Assembly: GCA_040771865.1 (NCBI GenBank)
Contig: JAXGZF010000003.1
Span: 186,001-250,000, forward strand
Reading direction: 5' to 3'
Length of the DNA stretch: 64,000 nt
Origin: Desulfobacterales bacterium
Lineage (GTDB): Bacteria; Desulfobacterota; Desulfobacteria; Desulfobacterales; UBA2245
This document shows positions 27,765 to 36,330 of this stretch, piece after piece (positions within the stretch are counted from its first letter, which is position 1; the number at the start of each line of letters is the position of its first letter). Under the pieces are notes generated by a model that ran no database searches, had not been told where the DNA came from, and was given only the letters and a program-made list of their open reading frames with translations. The position numbers and the translations under genes are program-made.

Positions 27765-29882
27765 ATGACATATCAGGGCCGAATGAATTGCGGGGAACTG
27801 CAGATTTCCGATGCCGGGCGGGAGGTCCGTCTCGCAGGGTGGGTGGACGCCCTGCGGGATCACGGCGAGGTGCTGTTTATTCACCTGCGCGATCGAAGCG
27901 GAATCGTGCAGGTGGTGATCAGCCCGGAATTCGCTTCCCAGGAAGTCTGTCTGGCGGCCGCCGGGCTGAAAAACGAATACTGCATTTCCGTGCTCGGCCG
28001 CGTGGTCCGGCGCGAACCGGGAACCGAAAACCCGTATATTGAAACCGGCGGCATTGAGGTGATGGCCCTGGATCTGAACATACTGAGCTCTTCGGCCCCC
28101 CTGCCGTTTTCCATCACCGAAAAGGCCATGGTCGCCGGAGGCGGGGCGAGAGCCGCGGACCCGGTGGCGGAAGACATCCGGCTTCAGTACCGATACCTGG
28201 ATCTGCGGAGGCCGACCATGCAGAACCATCTGATCAAGCGCCACCGGATCAACAAGGCCATCCGGGACATGCTCGACGAACGCGGGTTCATTGAGATCGA
28301 AACCCCGATGCTCACTCGAAGCACGCCGGAAGGGGCCCGCGATTACCTGGTTCCCAGCCGGGTCCATCCCGGCGCTTTTTATGCGCTGCCGCAGTCTCCC
28401 CAGCTGTTCAAGCAGCTGCTCATGGTCAGCGGGTTCGAACGGTATTACCAGATTGTCCGGTGCTTCCGGGATGAGGACCTTCGGCCCAACCGCCAGCCCG
28501 AGTTCACCCAGCTCGACTTGGAAGCCTCCTTCATCGACGAGGAGTTCATCTATGAAATGATCGAGGAACTGGTGTCGCGGCTGTTTGCGATCGGCGGCAT
28601 CGAATTCGCCCGGCCTTTTCCGCGCATGACCTATCAGGAAGCCATGGACAGCACGGGTTCGGATCGTCCGGATCTGAGATTCGGAATGTTTTTCGTCGAT
28701 GCCACGGACATTTTTTCCGATACCGGCTACAGCATCTTCAGGCAGATTCTCCGCAGAGGGGGCGCCATTCGCGGCATCAACGTCAAGGGCCAGTCTGAAC
28801 AGCTGAGCAAAAACGTGCTTCAGAACGAATACGCCAAGGAAATCGTGCCCGGATTCGGCGCCAAGGGAATGACCTGGATGCGGGTGATCGACGGGGGCCT
28901 GGAGTCCAATATCGTTCAGTTTTTTTCCGAAAAAGAGCGGCAGGCGATTCTCAGCCGTTTTCAAGCCGAAAACGGCGACGTTATTCTGATGATCGCCGAT
29001 TCCTCCCGCGAGGTGGTCCTCTCGGCCCTGGGACAGCTGCGGCTTCATCTGGCTCACCGGCTCAACCTCATTCAGCCGGACCGGTTCTGCCCGTTGTGGG
29101 TTACGAATTTTCCGCTTTTCAAGGCCTCCGAAGAGGGAATCGTCTCCGAACATCACCCCATGACCGCTCCGGATCGTACGGACTTCGACCCCGCGAATAC
29201 CGAGCAGCTTCTCGGGCTGACGTCCAGGGCATATGACCTGGTGGTCAACGGCGAGGAGCTTGGCGGGGGCAGCATCCGCATTCATGAAAAGGAAACCCAG
29301 CACAAGATTTTCAAGGCCCTTGGGTTGTCCGAGGAGGAGATTCAGGAGAAGTTCGGCTTCTTTCTGGAGGCATTTGAATACGGTGCGCCGCCCCACGGCG
29401 GCCTGGCCCTGGGCATGGACCGGGTGGTCTCCATGATTCTGGGAACCGCTTCCATTCGTGAGGTCATTGCCTTTCCCAAGAACCGGAGCGCCTTTTGCCC
29501 CCTGACCAAGGCCCCGGCCGGCGTGGCCCGGGAGCAGCTGGCCGAACTGGGCCTGCTGGATTCGGGGGGTGAAAAACAGCTCCCTGGCCAGAGTGCGCAA
29601 TCGGACCGGATCGATTCCCTGTCCTGGGTTTCCCGAATCGGGGTTTCAGAAAAGGAGCGGCCGGTGATCACTGAGGCCGTTGACGCGGCCGTTCGCATGG
29701 CCGAAATCGTATCCGGGCGGGCCGGAGCGGAGCCGCCCATGTTTTCCCCCGGCGCCGGAACCGGCCGGAACCGGATTGATTCAAAGCCCGCGGTCAGTCC
29801 CTTTGCCTCCCGGGGCGAGGTGCTCAAAAATGCGCCGGCGGTCAAGAGCGATTTTTTCAAGGTCGCCAATATTCTGGAATGA
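27765..29882 (+). CDS. aspS: Aspartate--tRNA(Asp/Asn) ligase fused to a C-terminal GatC-like domain
   Basis: RDHG, RLQYRYLDLRR, STPEGARDY, LPQSPQLFKQ, FRDEDLR, GGGSIR, HGGLALGMDR, IAFPKN; then ~95 extra aa ending VLKNAPAVKSDFFKVANILE. Confidence 0.93.
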   Translation: MTYQGRMNCGELQISDAGREVRLAGWVDALRDHGEVLFIHLRDRSGIVQVVISPEFASQEVCLAAAGLKNEYCISVLGRVVRREPGTENPYIETGGIEVMALDLNILSSSAPLPFSITEKAMVAGGGARAADPVAEDIRLQYRYLDLRRPTMQNHLIKRHRINKAIRDMLDERGFIEIETPMLTRSTPEGARDYLVPSRVHPGAFYALPQSPQLFKQLLMVSGFERYYQIVRCFRDEDLRPNRQPEFTQLDLEASFIDEEFIYEMIEELVSRLFAIGGIEFARPFPRMTYQEAMDSTGSDRPDLRFGMFFVDATDIFSDTGYSIFRQILRRGGAIRGINVKGQSEQLSKNVLQNEYAKEIVPGFGAKGMTWMRVIDGGLESNIVQFFSEKERQAILSRFQAENGDVILMIADSSREVVLSALGQLRLHLAHRLNLIQPDRFCPLWVTNFPLFKASEEGIVSEHHPMTAPDRTDFDPANTEQLLGLTSRAYDLVVNGEELGGGSIRIHEKETQHKIFKALGLSEEEIQEKFGFFLEAFEYGAPPHGGLALGMDRVVSMILGTASIREVIAFPKNRSAFCPLTKAPAGVAREQLAELGLLDSGGEKQLPGQSAQSDRIDSLSWVSRIGVSEKERPVITEAVDAAVRMAEIVSGRAGAEPPMFSPGAGTGRNRIDSKPAVSPFASRGEVLKNAPAVKSDFFKVANILE

Positions 29883-29970
29883 CGGGTGCAAACCGCTCGT
29901 CATTTTTTGCGGATTTTTGACAAATCAATTTCAAAAAATTGAATTCAAAAGGATTTTGAAAGGCCTATAT

Positions 29971-31164
29971 ATGGATGCCGAACTCTTTGCCCATCTGAAT
30001 CCATCGGCCGAGGCGGCCTCGGACGGGCCGCTTGCGGGAAAAACCCTGGTCGTCTGGCCCAGCATATCCGTCCGGGGATGGCCGGCCGAGGCGGGTTCGA
30101 CCGCGTTGAAAGGCTTTGCGGCCCTTGAGGACGCCACGATGGTCGAGCGCCTGAAAAAGGCCGGCGCCGTTCTGGCCGGAAGTTCGCGAATGAGCGAACT
30201 GGGTTTCGGCCTGGCCGGGGATACGGCGGCTTTGATTCTGGATCAGGGAGGCGCCGATGCGGCCCTGGTGGTGGACGCCATGGGCGAGGCGCGCGCGGCC
30301 GCGGCCCGTGTCCGCCGGTTCGGATTCAAGCCCACCCACGGAATGATTTCCAGATGCGGCCTCATCGGTCTGATCCCCTCCATGGAAAGCGCCGGAATTC
30401 TGGCGGACTCGCCGGCGGACATCTCTCGAATCCTGGCTTGCATGGCCGGGCTCGACGAACGCGATCCTTCCATGCTGGAACGGCCGGCGCCCGATTTTCC
30501 CCGGACATCGGAAGCGCGCGGAGTGGTCGGCGTGATTCAGGAAAGCGAAGAAAAGCTCTCCCCTGAGGCATCGGCCGGATTTCAACAGGCCCTTTCAAAG
30601 CTGGAAAGCCGCGGATTTCGAATCGTCCGGACCGGACTGGCCGATTTCGAACTGTTTTCGACCGTTCACAATGTCGTCGGGTCGGTCGAGGCCTCTTCGA
30701 GCTGCGGAAAATACGACGGGGTCCGTTACGGTTACCGGGCGGCCGGCGCCAAAAACTGGAATGAGATGTACATTCGAACCCGGGCTGAATCCTTCGGCCT
30801 TCTAGTAAAATCCTATCTTTTTCAGGGCGCCTACTTCCAGTTTGAAAACTACGGCGCCTTTGAGAACGCCTGCCGGATTCGCCGCCGTCTGGTCGAGGGG
30901 ATCGAGGGAATTTTCAAAACCGTGGACATGCTCGCCTTTCCGGCTCTGAACCGCGAATGCAGGGCGGATGAGGCCCGAAGCATCGAATCGGTTTACGATG
31001 CGTTTGCGCTGACCCTTCCGGCCAACGTGACCGGGCATCCGGCGCTTCAGGTTCCGGGTCTGGCCGTGGATTCAAAGCAGGATTTCGGGCTTCAACTGGT
31101 CGGACCCTACGGCTCGGATGCCGGGCTTCTCAACCTGGCTGACCGGATGCTTGCCGATCGCTGA
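29971..31164 (+). CDS. gatA: GatA-like amidase-signature protein lacking catalytic residues
   Basis: GPLAG, DATMVERL, GFKPTHG.ISR.GL, KYDGVRYGYR, TLPANVTGHPAL, GLQLVG retained; Lys/cis-Ser/Ser triad absent. Confidence 0.85.
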   Translation: MDAELFAHLNPSAEAASDGPLAGKTLVVWPSISVRGWPAEAGSTALKGFAALEDATMVERLKKAGAVLAGSSRMSELGFGLAGDTAALILDQGGADAALVVDAMGEARAAAARVRRFGFKPTHGMISRCGLIGLIPSMESAGILADSPADISRILACMAGLDERDPSMLERPAPDFPRTSEARGVVGVIQESEEKLSPEASAGFQQALSKLESRGFRIVRTGLADFELFSTVHNVVGSVEASSSCGKYDGVRYGYRAAGAKNWNEMYIRTRAESFGLLVKSYLFQGAYFQFENYGAFENACRIRRRLVEGIEGIFKTVDMLAFPALNRECRADEARSIESVYDAFALTLPANVTGHPALQVPGLAVDSKQDFGLQLVGPYGSDAGLLNLADRMLADR

Positions 31165-31226
31165 GAAGGGCATGCAACCTGGAATGAAAATGCCCGGGGT
31201 CGCTTTCATATAAAGGAATAACGGTT

Positions 31227-32660
31227 ATGAATTTTGAAGCGGTTATCGGTCTGGAGATACACGTTCAGCTGTCCTGCGCCACCAAGCTGTTCTGCGACTG
31301 CCCCAACAGTCCGGGCGACGCTCCCAACATAAACACCTGCCCCATCTGCCTGTGGCTCCCCGGCGCGATCCCCCGGCTGAGCGAAGAGGCCGTGGAAAAA
31401 GCGGCCATGGTCTGCCTGGCGCTGAACTGCCGAATTCAGAATGAAAGCGCATTTGACCAGAAGGTCTATTATTACCCGGACCTGCCCAAGGGATACCAGC
31501 TTTCCCAGCATCACAGGCCTCTGGGGAAAAACGGATGGCTGGAGGTGGCCGGAGCGGACGGAAATTCCAGGCGGCTGCGGATTCATCACATTCACATGGA
31601 AGAAGACGTGGCCAAGCTGGTGCATGAGATCGAGGGCCGAACGCCGATCAGCCTGGTGGATTTCAACCGGGCCGGAACCCCGCTGGTGGAAATCGTGACC
31701 GAGCCCGACATGCGAAGCTCCCAGGATGCGATGGGCTTTCTGCGGGCCCTGCGCGCGCAGATACGCTACACCGGCAGTGCGGAATGCAGCATGGAACAGG
31801 GCTCCATGCGGGTGGACGCCAACATATCGATCCGTGAAAAGGGAAGCGATCAGTTGAACACCAAGGTGGAGGTCAAGAACATGAACTCCATTCGAAACGT
31901 CTGCGATGCCATTGACTATGAAATCCACCGTCAGATCGCCTGCGTCCAGTCGGGGGAGCCGATCGTTCTGCATACGCGGCTCTGGGACCCGGACAAACAT
32001 GTCACCACGGCCATGCGCGGCAAGTTCGCGGGCCCCTGCATTCCGGACCCGTCGGTTCCGCACATCCTCATTACCGAAACCCGGCTTCAGCAGTTAAAGG
32101 AGAAACTTCCGGAGATGCCGGATCAGAAAGCCCGCCGTTTTGTTCAGGACTACGCCCTTCCTCAGGAAACCGCCGCCCTGATGAGCGCGGAAAGAGATCT
32201 TTCGGAGTATTTCGAGGCGGTGGTCAGGCTGGGGCCGTCTTCAAAGACAGCGGCCTACTGGATTTCCGCCCACCTGTTGCCCGCCATGAAGGACCATGGA
32301 CAGAATCCGGCCGACGCCCGGGTGACTCCCGAACGCCTGGCCGGGCTTCTCGTCATGCTTGAAAAAGACGAGATCAATGCCGGTTCGGCCAAAAGCGTTC
32401 TTTCGCAGATGTTTGAAAACGATCAGGCCCCTGAACGGATCGTCGAGCAATCCGGTTTCCGTCAGGTTTCCGATGCGGATGAACTTCAGGACATCGTTCT
32501 CTCGGTTATCGAGAAGAATCCTTCGGCCGTCGAAAACTATCGAAACGGAAAAACCCAGGCCGTGGGTTTCCTGATGGGACAGGTCATGCGGGCCACTCAG
32601 GGCAAGGCTAATCCCAAAAGGGTTCAGGAGATTCTTCAGAAAGCGCTGGCGGCCTTGTAG
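31227..32660 (+). CDS. gatB: Asp-tRNA(Asn)/Glu-tRNA(Gln) amidotransferase subunit B (divergent)
   Basis: VIGLEIHVQL, YYPDLPKGYQ, HMEED, DFNRAGTPLVEIVTEPD, KVEVKNMNS, YqeY tail GFLMGQVMRATQGKANP. Confidence 0.93.
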   Translation: MNFEAVIGLEIHVQLSCATKLFCDCPNSPGDAPNINTCPICLWLPGAIPRLSEEAVEKAAMVCLALNCRIQNESAFDQKVYYYPDLPKGYQLSQHHRPLGKNGWLEVAGADGNSRRLRIHHIHMEEDVAKLVHEIEGRTPISLVDFNRAGTPLVEIVTEPDMRSSQDAMGFLRALRAQIRYTGSAECSMEQGSMRVDANISIREKGSDQLNTKVEVKNMNSIRNVCDAIDYEIHRQIACVQSGEPIVLHTRLWDPDKHVTTAMRGKFAGPCIPDPSVPHILITETRLQQLKEKLPEMPDQKARRFVQDYALPQETAALMSAERDLSEYFEAVVRLGPSSKTAAYWISAHLLPAMKDHGQNPADARVTPERLAGLLVMLEKDEINAGSAKSVLSQMFENDQAPERIVEQSGFRQVSDADELQDIVLSVIEKNPSAVENYRNGKTQAVGFLMGQVMRATQGKANPKRVQEILQKALAAL

Positions 32661-32687
32661 CGGTTTGGATCATTTCGCCGTTCAAAG

Positions 32688-32730
32688 GAATCCCCCTGCC
32701 AAAACGAGACAGGGGGGATTCTGCGTTTTT
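32688..32730. terminator. Hairpin terminator between convergent gatB and nspC
   Basis: GAATCCCCCTG...CAGGGGGGATTC followed by T-rich tail. Confidence 0.7.
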
Positions 32731-32736
32731 CAGAAT

Positions 32737-33897
32737 TCAGGAAAGCCGGTTCCGGTAATCTTCGTATCCGAAGGTTCGAATGATCCGGACCTTCCCGGTC
32801 CGCGAGTTGAACACGCCGATCGAGGGCAGGCGAATGCCGTTGAAGGTATTGTTTTTCACCATGGTGTAGTGGGCCATGTCCAGAAAGATCAGTTTGTTTC
32901 CTGCCTCAAGCGGCCGGTCAAAGGAATAGTCCCCGATCACGTCTCCGGCCAGGCAGCTCGGTCCGGCCAGTCGGAAGGTGTGGGCCCGTTTTTGCGGCTC
33001 GCCGCCGCCGATGATTTCCGGACGGTAGGGCATTTCCAGAACATCGGGCATGTGGGTGGCTGCCGAGGCGTCCAGAATGGCGATCCGCATCCGGTTTTCC
33101 ACGACATCCAGAACCGAGGACACGAGAATTCCGGTGTTCAGGGCGACGGCCTCGCCGGGTTCCAGATAGACGTCCACGCCGTAGCGGGCCTTGAAATTCA
33201 CAATCATTCGGCAGAGCGCCTCGACGTCGTATCCGGGTTTGGTGATGTGATGGCCGCCTCCGAAATTCACCCATTTCAGGCCCTTGAAGAATCCGCCGAA
33301 TTTCTTTTCCACCGCGCCAAGCACCCGTTCCAGGACCCCGGCATCCTGTTCGCACAGGCAGTGAAAGTGCAGGCCGCAGATGCCCTCCAGGGCGTCCGGT
33401 TCAAAGTGGTCCAGCGTGACGCCGAGCCGCGAACACGGGTAGCACGGGTCGTAGATGGGTGTTGCGACCTCGGAGTATTCCGGGTTGATGCGGATGCCGC
33501 ATTCGATCGGGCGGGGGGCATTTTTCAGAAACGCCCGAAGCCTTCGGTACTGGGAAAAGGAGTTGAACACGATGTGATCGGCGTATTGAATGATTTCCTG
33601 AAAATGGGCATCGCTGTATCCGGGCGCGCAGACATGCACCTCTTTGCCGAACTCCTCAAAGGCCAGGCGGGCCTCGTCGAGCGAACTGGCGCTGGCCCCG
33701 GCCAGATACCGGCGGATCAGGGGGGCGAAGTGCCACATGGCAAAGCCCTTGAGGGCCAGAAGAATCCTGCATTCGGCGGTTTTCTGAACCGAATCTAGAA
33801 TTTTCAGATTGTCTTCCAGGGCGACCTCGTCCACCAGATAACAGGGGGTCGGCACGTCCTCGAGACGGATGTTGAAATGCGTCCGGGTCATCGTCAT
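32737..33897 (-). CDS. nspC: Carboxy(nor)spermidine decarboxylase
   Basis: LALKGF (PLP Lys), YDPC..SRLG, NFGGGHHIT, EPGEA, HMPDVLEMPY, CLAGD, HYTMVKNNTFNG. Confidence 0.95.
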   Translation of the reverse strand: MTMTRTHFNIRLEDVPTPCYLVDEVALEDNLKILDSVQKTAECRILLALKGFAMWHFAPLIRRYLAGASASSLDEARLAFEEFGKEVHVCAPGYSDAHFQEIIQYADHIVFNSFSQYRRLRAFLKNAPRPIECGIRINPEYSEVATPIYDPCYPCSRLGVTLDHFEPDALEGICGLHFHCLCEQDAGVLERVLGAVEKKFGGFFKGLKWVNFGGGHHITKPGYDVEALCRMIVNFKARYGVDVYLEPGEAVALNTGILVSSVLDVVENRMRIAILDASAATHMPDVLEMPYRPEIIGGGEPQKRAHTFRLAGPSCLAGDVIGDYSFDRPLEAGNKLIFLDMAHYTMVKNNTFNGIRLPSIGVFNSRTGKVRIIRTFGYEDYRNRLS

Positions 33898-33901
33898 TCC
33901 G

Positions 33902-35131
33902 CTAATTCAGGGGATTAAAGGCGTCTGCGATTCCGGCGAAATAGTCCTTTTCAGGATCCAGATCCTGTTCGTGCCAGGGCAGGCCGTGCTGGTTGAGCTT
34001 TTCCATGAAGGGATCCGGATCGAACTCCTCCACGTTGAAAACCCCGGTTCCGCGCCAGACGCCGGTGGCCGCCATCATGGCGCCGATCATGGCCGGAACG
34101 CCGGTGGTGTAGGAAATCGCCTGGGCGCCGATCTCCCGAAAGCACTCGGCGTGATCGCAGACGTTGTACACATAGTACTGCCGCTTTTTTCCGTCCCGAA
34201 TCCCGTTGATCAGGCATCCGATATTGGTCTTTCCGCTGTAAGTGACGCCCAGGGAACCGGGATCGGGCAGAACCGCCTTGAGAAACTTCAGCGGAACGAT
34301 CTCACGCCCCTCGTAGAGCACCGGATCGATCCGGGTCATACCCACGTTTTCGAGGACCCTCAGATGGGTCAGATATTCCTGGCCGAAGGTCATCCAGAAC
34401 CGGATGCGCCGGACGCCCCTGATGTTTTTGGACAGGGATTCGAGCTCCTCATGGTACAGAAGATAGCTTTCCCTGGGTCCGATCCGGGGGTAGTCAAAGG
34501 GCAGATGAACGGACATGGGGTCGATTTCGATCCATTTTCCGTTTTCAAAGTACTTGCCGCGCTGGGTGATTTCCCGAATATTGATTTCCGGATTGAAGTT
34601 GGTGGCAAAGGGATGCCCGTGGCTGCCGGCGTTGCAGTCCAGAATGTCGATGGTATGGATGGTGTCGAACTTGTGCTTCTGGGCGTGGGCGCAGAACACG
34701 TTGGTCACGCCGGGGTCGAAACCGCAGCCCAGAAGCGCCATGATGCCCTTTGCCCGGAACCGGTCCTGATAGTCCCACTGCCACTTGTAGCAGAACCGGG
34801 CCTCGTCGGGCGGTTCATAGTTGGCCGTATCCAGATAGTTGACCTTCGTTTCCAGACAGGCGTCCATGATGGCCAGATCCTGGTAGGGCAGGGCGACATT
34901 GATCACGATGTCCGGCCGGACGCTTCGAATCAGCTCGGCTGTCTGCCGGGGGTCATCCGCATCCACCTGGGCGATCTCGATGGGCCGGGAAATGCTTTTT
35001 TGAATTTTCTCGCATTTTTCCAGAGTCCGGCTGGCCAGACAGATTCGAGTGAAAACCTCTTTTGCCTGAGCGCATTTATGAGCCACCACGTTTCCGACGC
35101 CGCCGGCGCCGATGATCAAAACCGTGCTCAT
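33902..35131 (-). CDS. Carboxy(nor)spermidine dehydrogenase (saccharopine dehydrogenase family)
   Basis: IIGAGGVG, NVALPYQDL, YLDTANYEP, GFDPG, FATNFNPEINIRE, AISYTTGVPA; adjacent to nspC. Confidence 0.93.
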   Translation of the reverse strand: MSTVLIIGAGGVGNVVAHKCAQAKEVFTRICLASRTLEKCEKIQKSISRPIEIAQVDADDPRQTAELIRSVRPDIVINVALPYQDLAIMDACLETKVNYLDTANYEPPDEARFCYKWQWDYQDRFRAKGIMALLGCGFDPGVTNVFCAHAQKHKFDTIHTIDILDCNAGSHGHPFATNFNPEINIREITQRGKYFENGKWIEIDPMSVHLPFDYPRIGPRESYLLYHEELESLSKNIRGVRRIRFWMTFGQEYLTHLRVLENVGMTRIDPVLYEGREIVPLKFLKAVLPDPGSLGVTYSGKTNIGCLINGIRDGKKRQYYVYNVCDHAECFREIGAQAISYTTGVPAMIGAMMAATGVWRGTGVFNVEEFDPDPFMEKLNQHGLPWHEQDLDPEKDYFAGIADAFNPLN

Positions 35132-35358
35132 GTTTCCCTCCCGCACTGATGCCTAATCGGTTGTTTCAAAAAGATTTTATGATTTTTATTTTTCACAGGC
35201 GGCCGGATTTTGCAACGAAAACGTTTACTGATTCAAGACTGCTTTGCGAAGATTTAAAAATGGCGGCAGCTCTGATAAACCCGTTGACGAAGTGCTTTGA
35301 GCTGATTTAATGTGGAAAGTCAGTAATTTGATGCGTACAGGAGGGCGCTGCTGAATTC

Positions 35359-36234
35359 ATGAGATACGAAGGACCCATTTACCGTCCGCCCAGCGAGGCG
35401 GATTCACTTCTGATTCAGGCGACCGTCGGGTGCCCGCACAACCGGTGCGCCTTCTGCATGGTTTACAAGAACGGCCCTCGATTCCGGGTCAGAAAGACCT
35501 CGGATATCAAGGAGGATATGCTTGCGGCCCGAATGGCCTGCGGCAAGAGCCCCAGAACTTTGTTTTTTCCCGCCGGAAACACCATCGCGATGAAGACCGA
35601 TGCCCTGTGCGAGATCTGCGTATTTGCTCATGCCGTGTTCGAGGATCTGGAGCGTATCACGGTATACGGTTCATCGCAGTACATTCATCAAAAGGGACCC
35701 GAAGGGCTCAAGCGCTTGGCGCAAAGTGGGCTGACGCGCATTCATGCGGGCCTGGAGTCCGGGGATGACGTTGTGCTGAAGCGCATTGAAAAGGGGACGG
35801 ATTCCGCCGAACAGATCGAAGCCGGAAAATGGGCCATGGCCGCGGGCATCGAGCTGAGCGTCTATGTGATGCTGGGCATCGCCGGAAAGGACCGGAGCCG
35901 GATCCATGCGCTGGAAACCGCCCGCGTGCTCAATGCGATCAATCCGGATTTCATCCGGCTGCGGACCTTTGTTCCCAAGATCAACACCCCGCTTCTGGCC
36001 CAGGTGCAGGCGGGAAGCTTTCAGATGCTCGGACCCCATGAGGTTCTGGATGAGACCGAAACCCTGATTCAGAATCTGGAGGTCGATTCCCTGCTTTTGA
36101 GCGACCATTACACGAATTACATCGACGTGCGGGGCCGTCTTCCCGAGGAGCGGGACAGAATGCTTGAGACGGTCAAAACGGCCCGGCAATGGGACGAGAG
36201 TAAGTTTCGTCCGTTTTTTGTCGGGACTGAATAA
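35359..36234 (+). CDS. Radical SAM protein
   Basis: YRPPSEA, CPHNRCAFC, GLESG, SDHYTNY. Confidence 0.9.
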   Translation: MRYEGPIYRPPSEADSLLIQATVGCPHNRCAFCMVYKNGPRFRVRKTSDIKEDMLAARMACGKSPRTLFFPAGNTIAMKTDALCEICVFAHAVFEDLERITVYGSSQYIHQKGPEGLKRLAQSGLTRIHAGLESGDDVVLKRIEKGTDSAEQIEAGKWAMAAGIELSVYVMLGIAGKDRSRIHALETARVLNAINPDFIRLRTFVPKINTPLLAQVQAGSFQMLGPHEVLDETETLIQNLEVDSLLLSDHYTNYIDVRGRLPEERDRMLETVKTARQWDESKFRPFFVGTE

Positions 36235-36330
36235 TTCTTTTTCAGACGCGGATGCAAAACCGGTCCGCAGGTTATTTCAAGGTTTGAATTGCCTGTTCAT
36301 ATTTTTTAACTCTTCGGAAAGAATAAGCGG

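Noticed and set aside
27648..29600. 650-aa minus-strand ORF
   Set aside because: Antisense shadow of aspS in GC-rich DNA; no motifs.
29680..29970. N-terminal extension of the gatA ORF given in the track
   Set aside because: It overlaps the aspS-GatC tail and has no amidase similarity; ATG 29971 is preferred.
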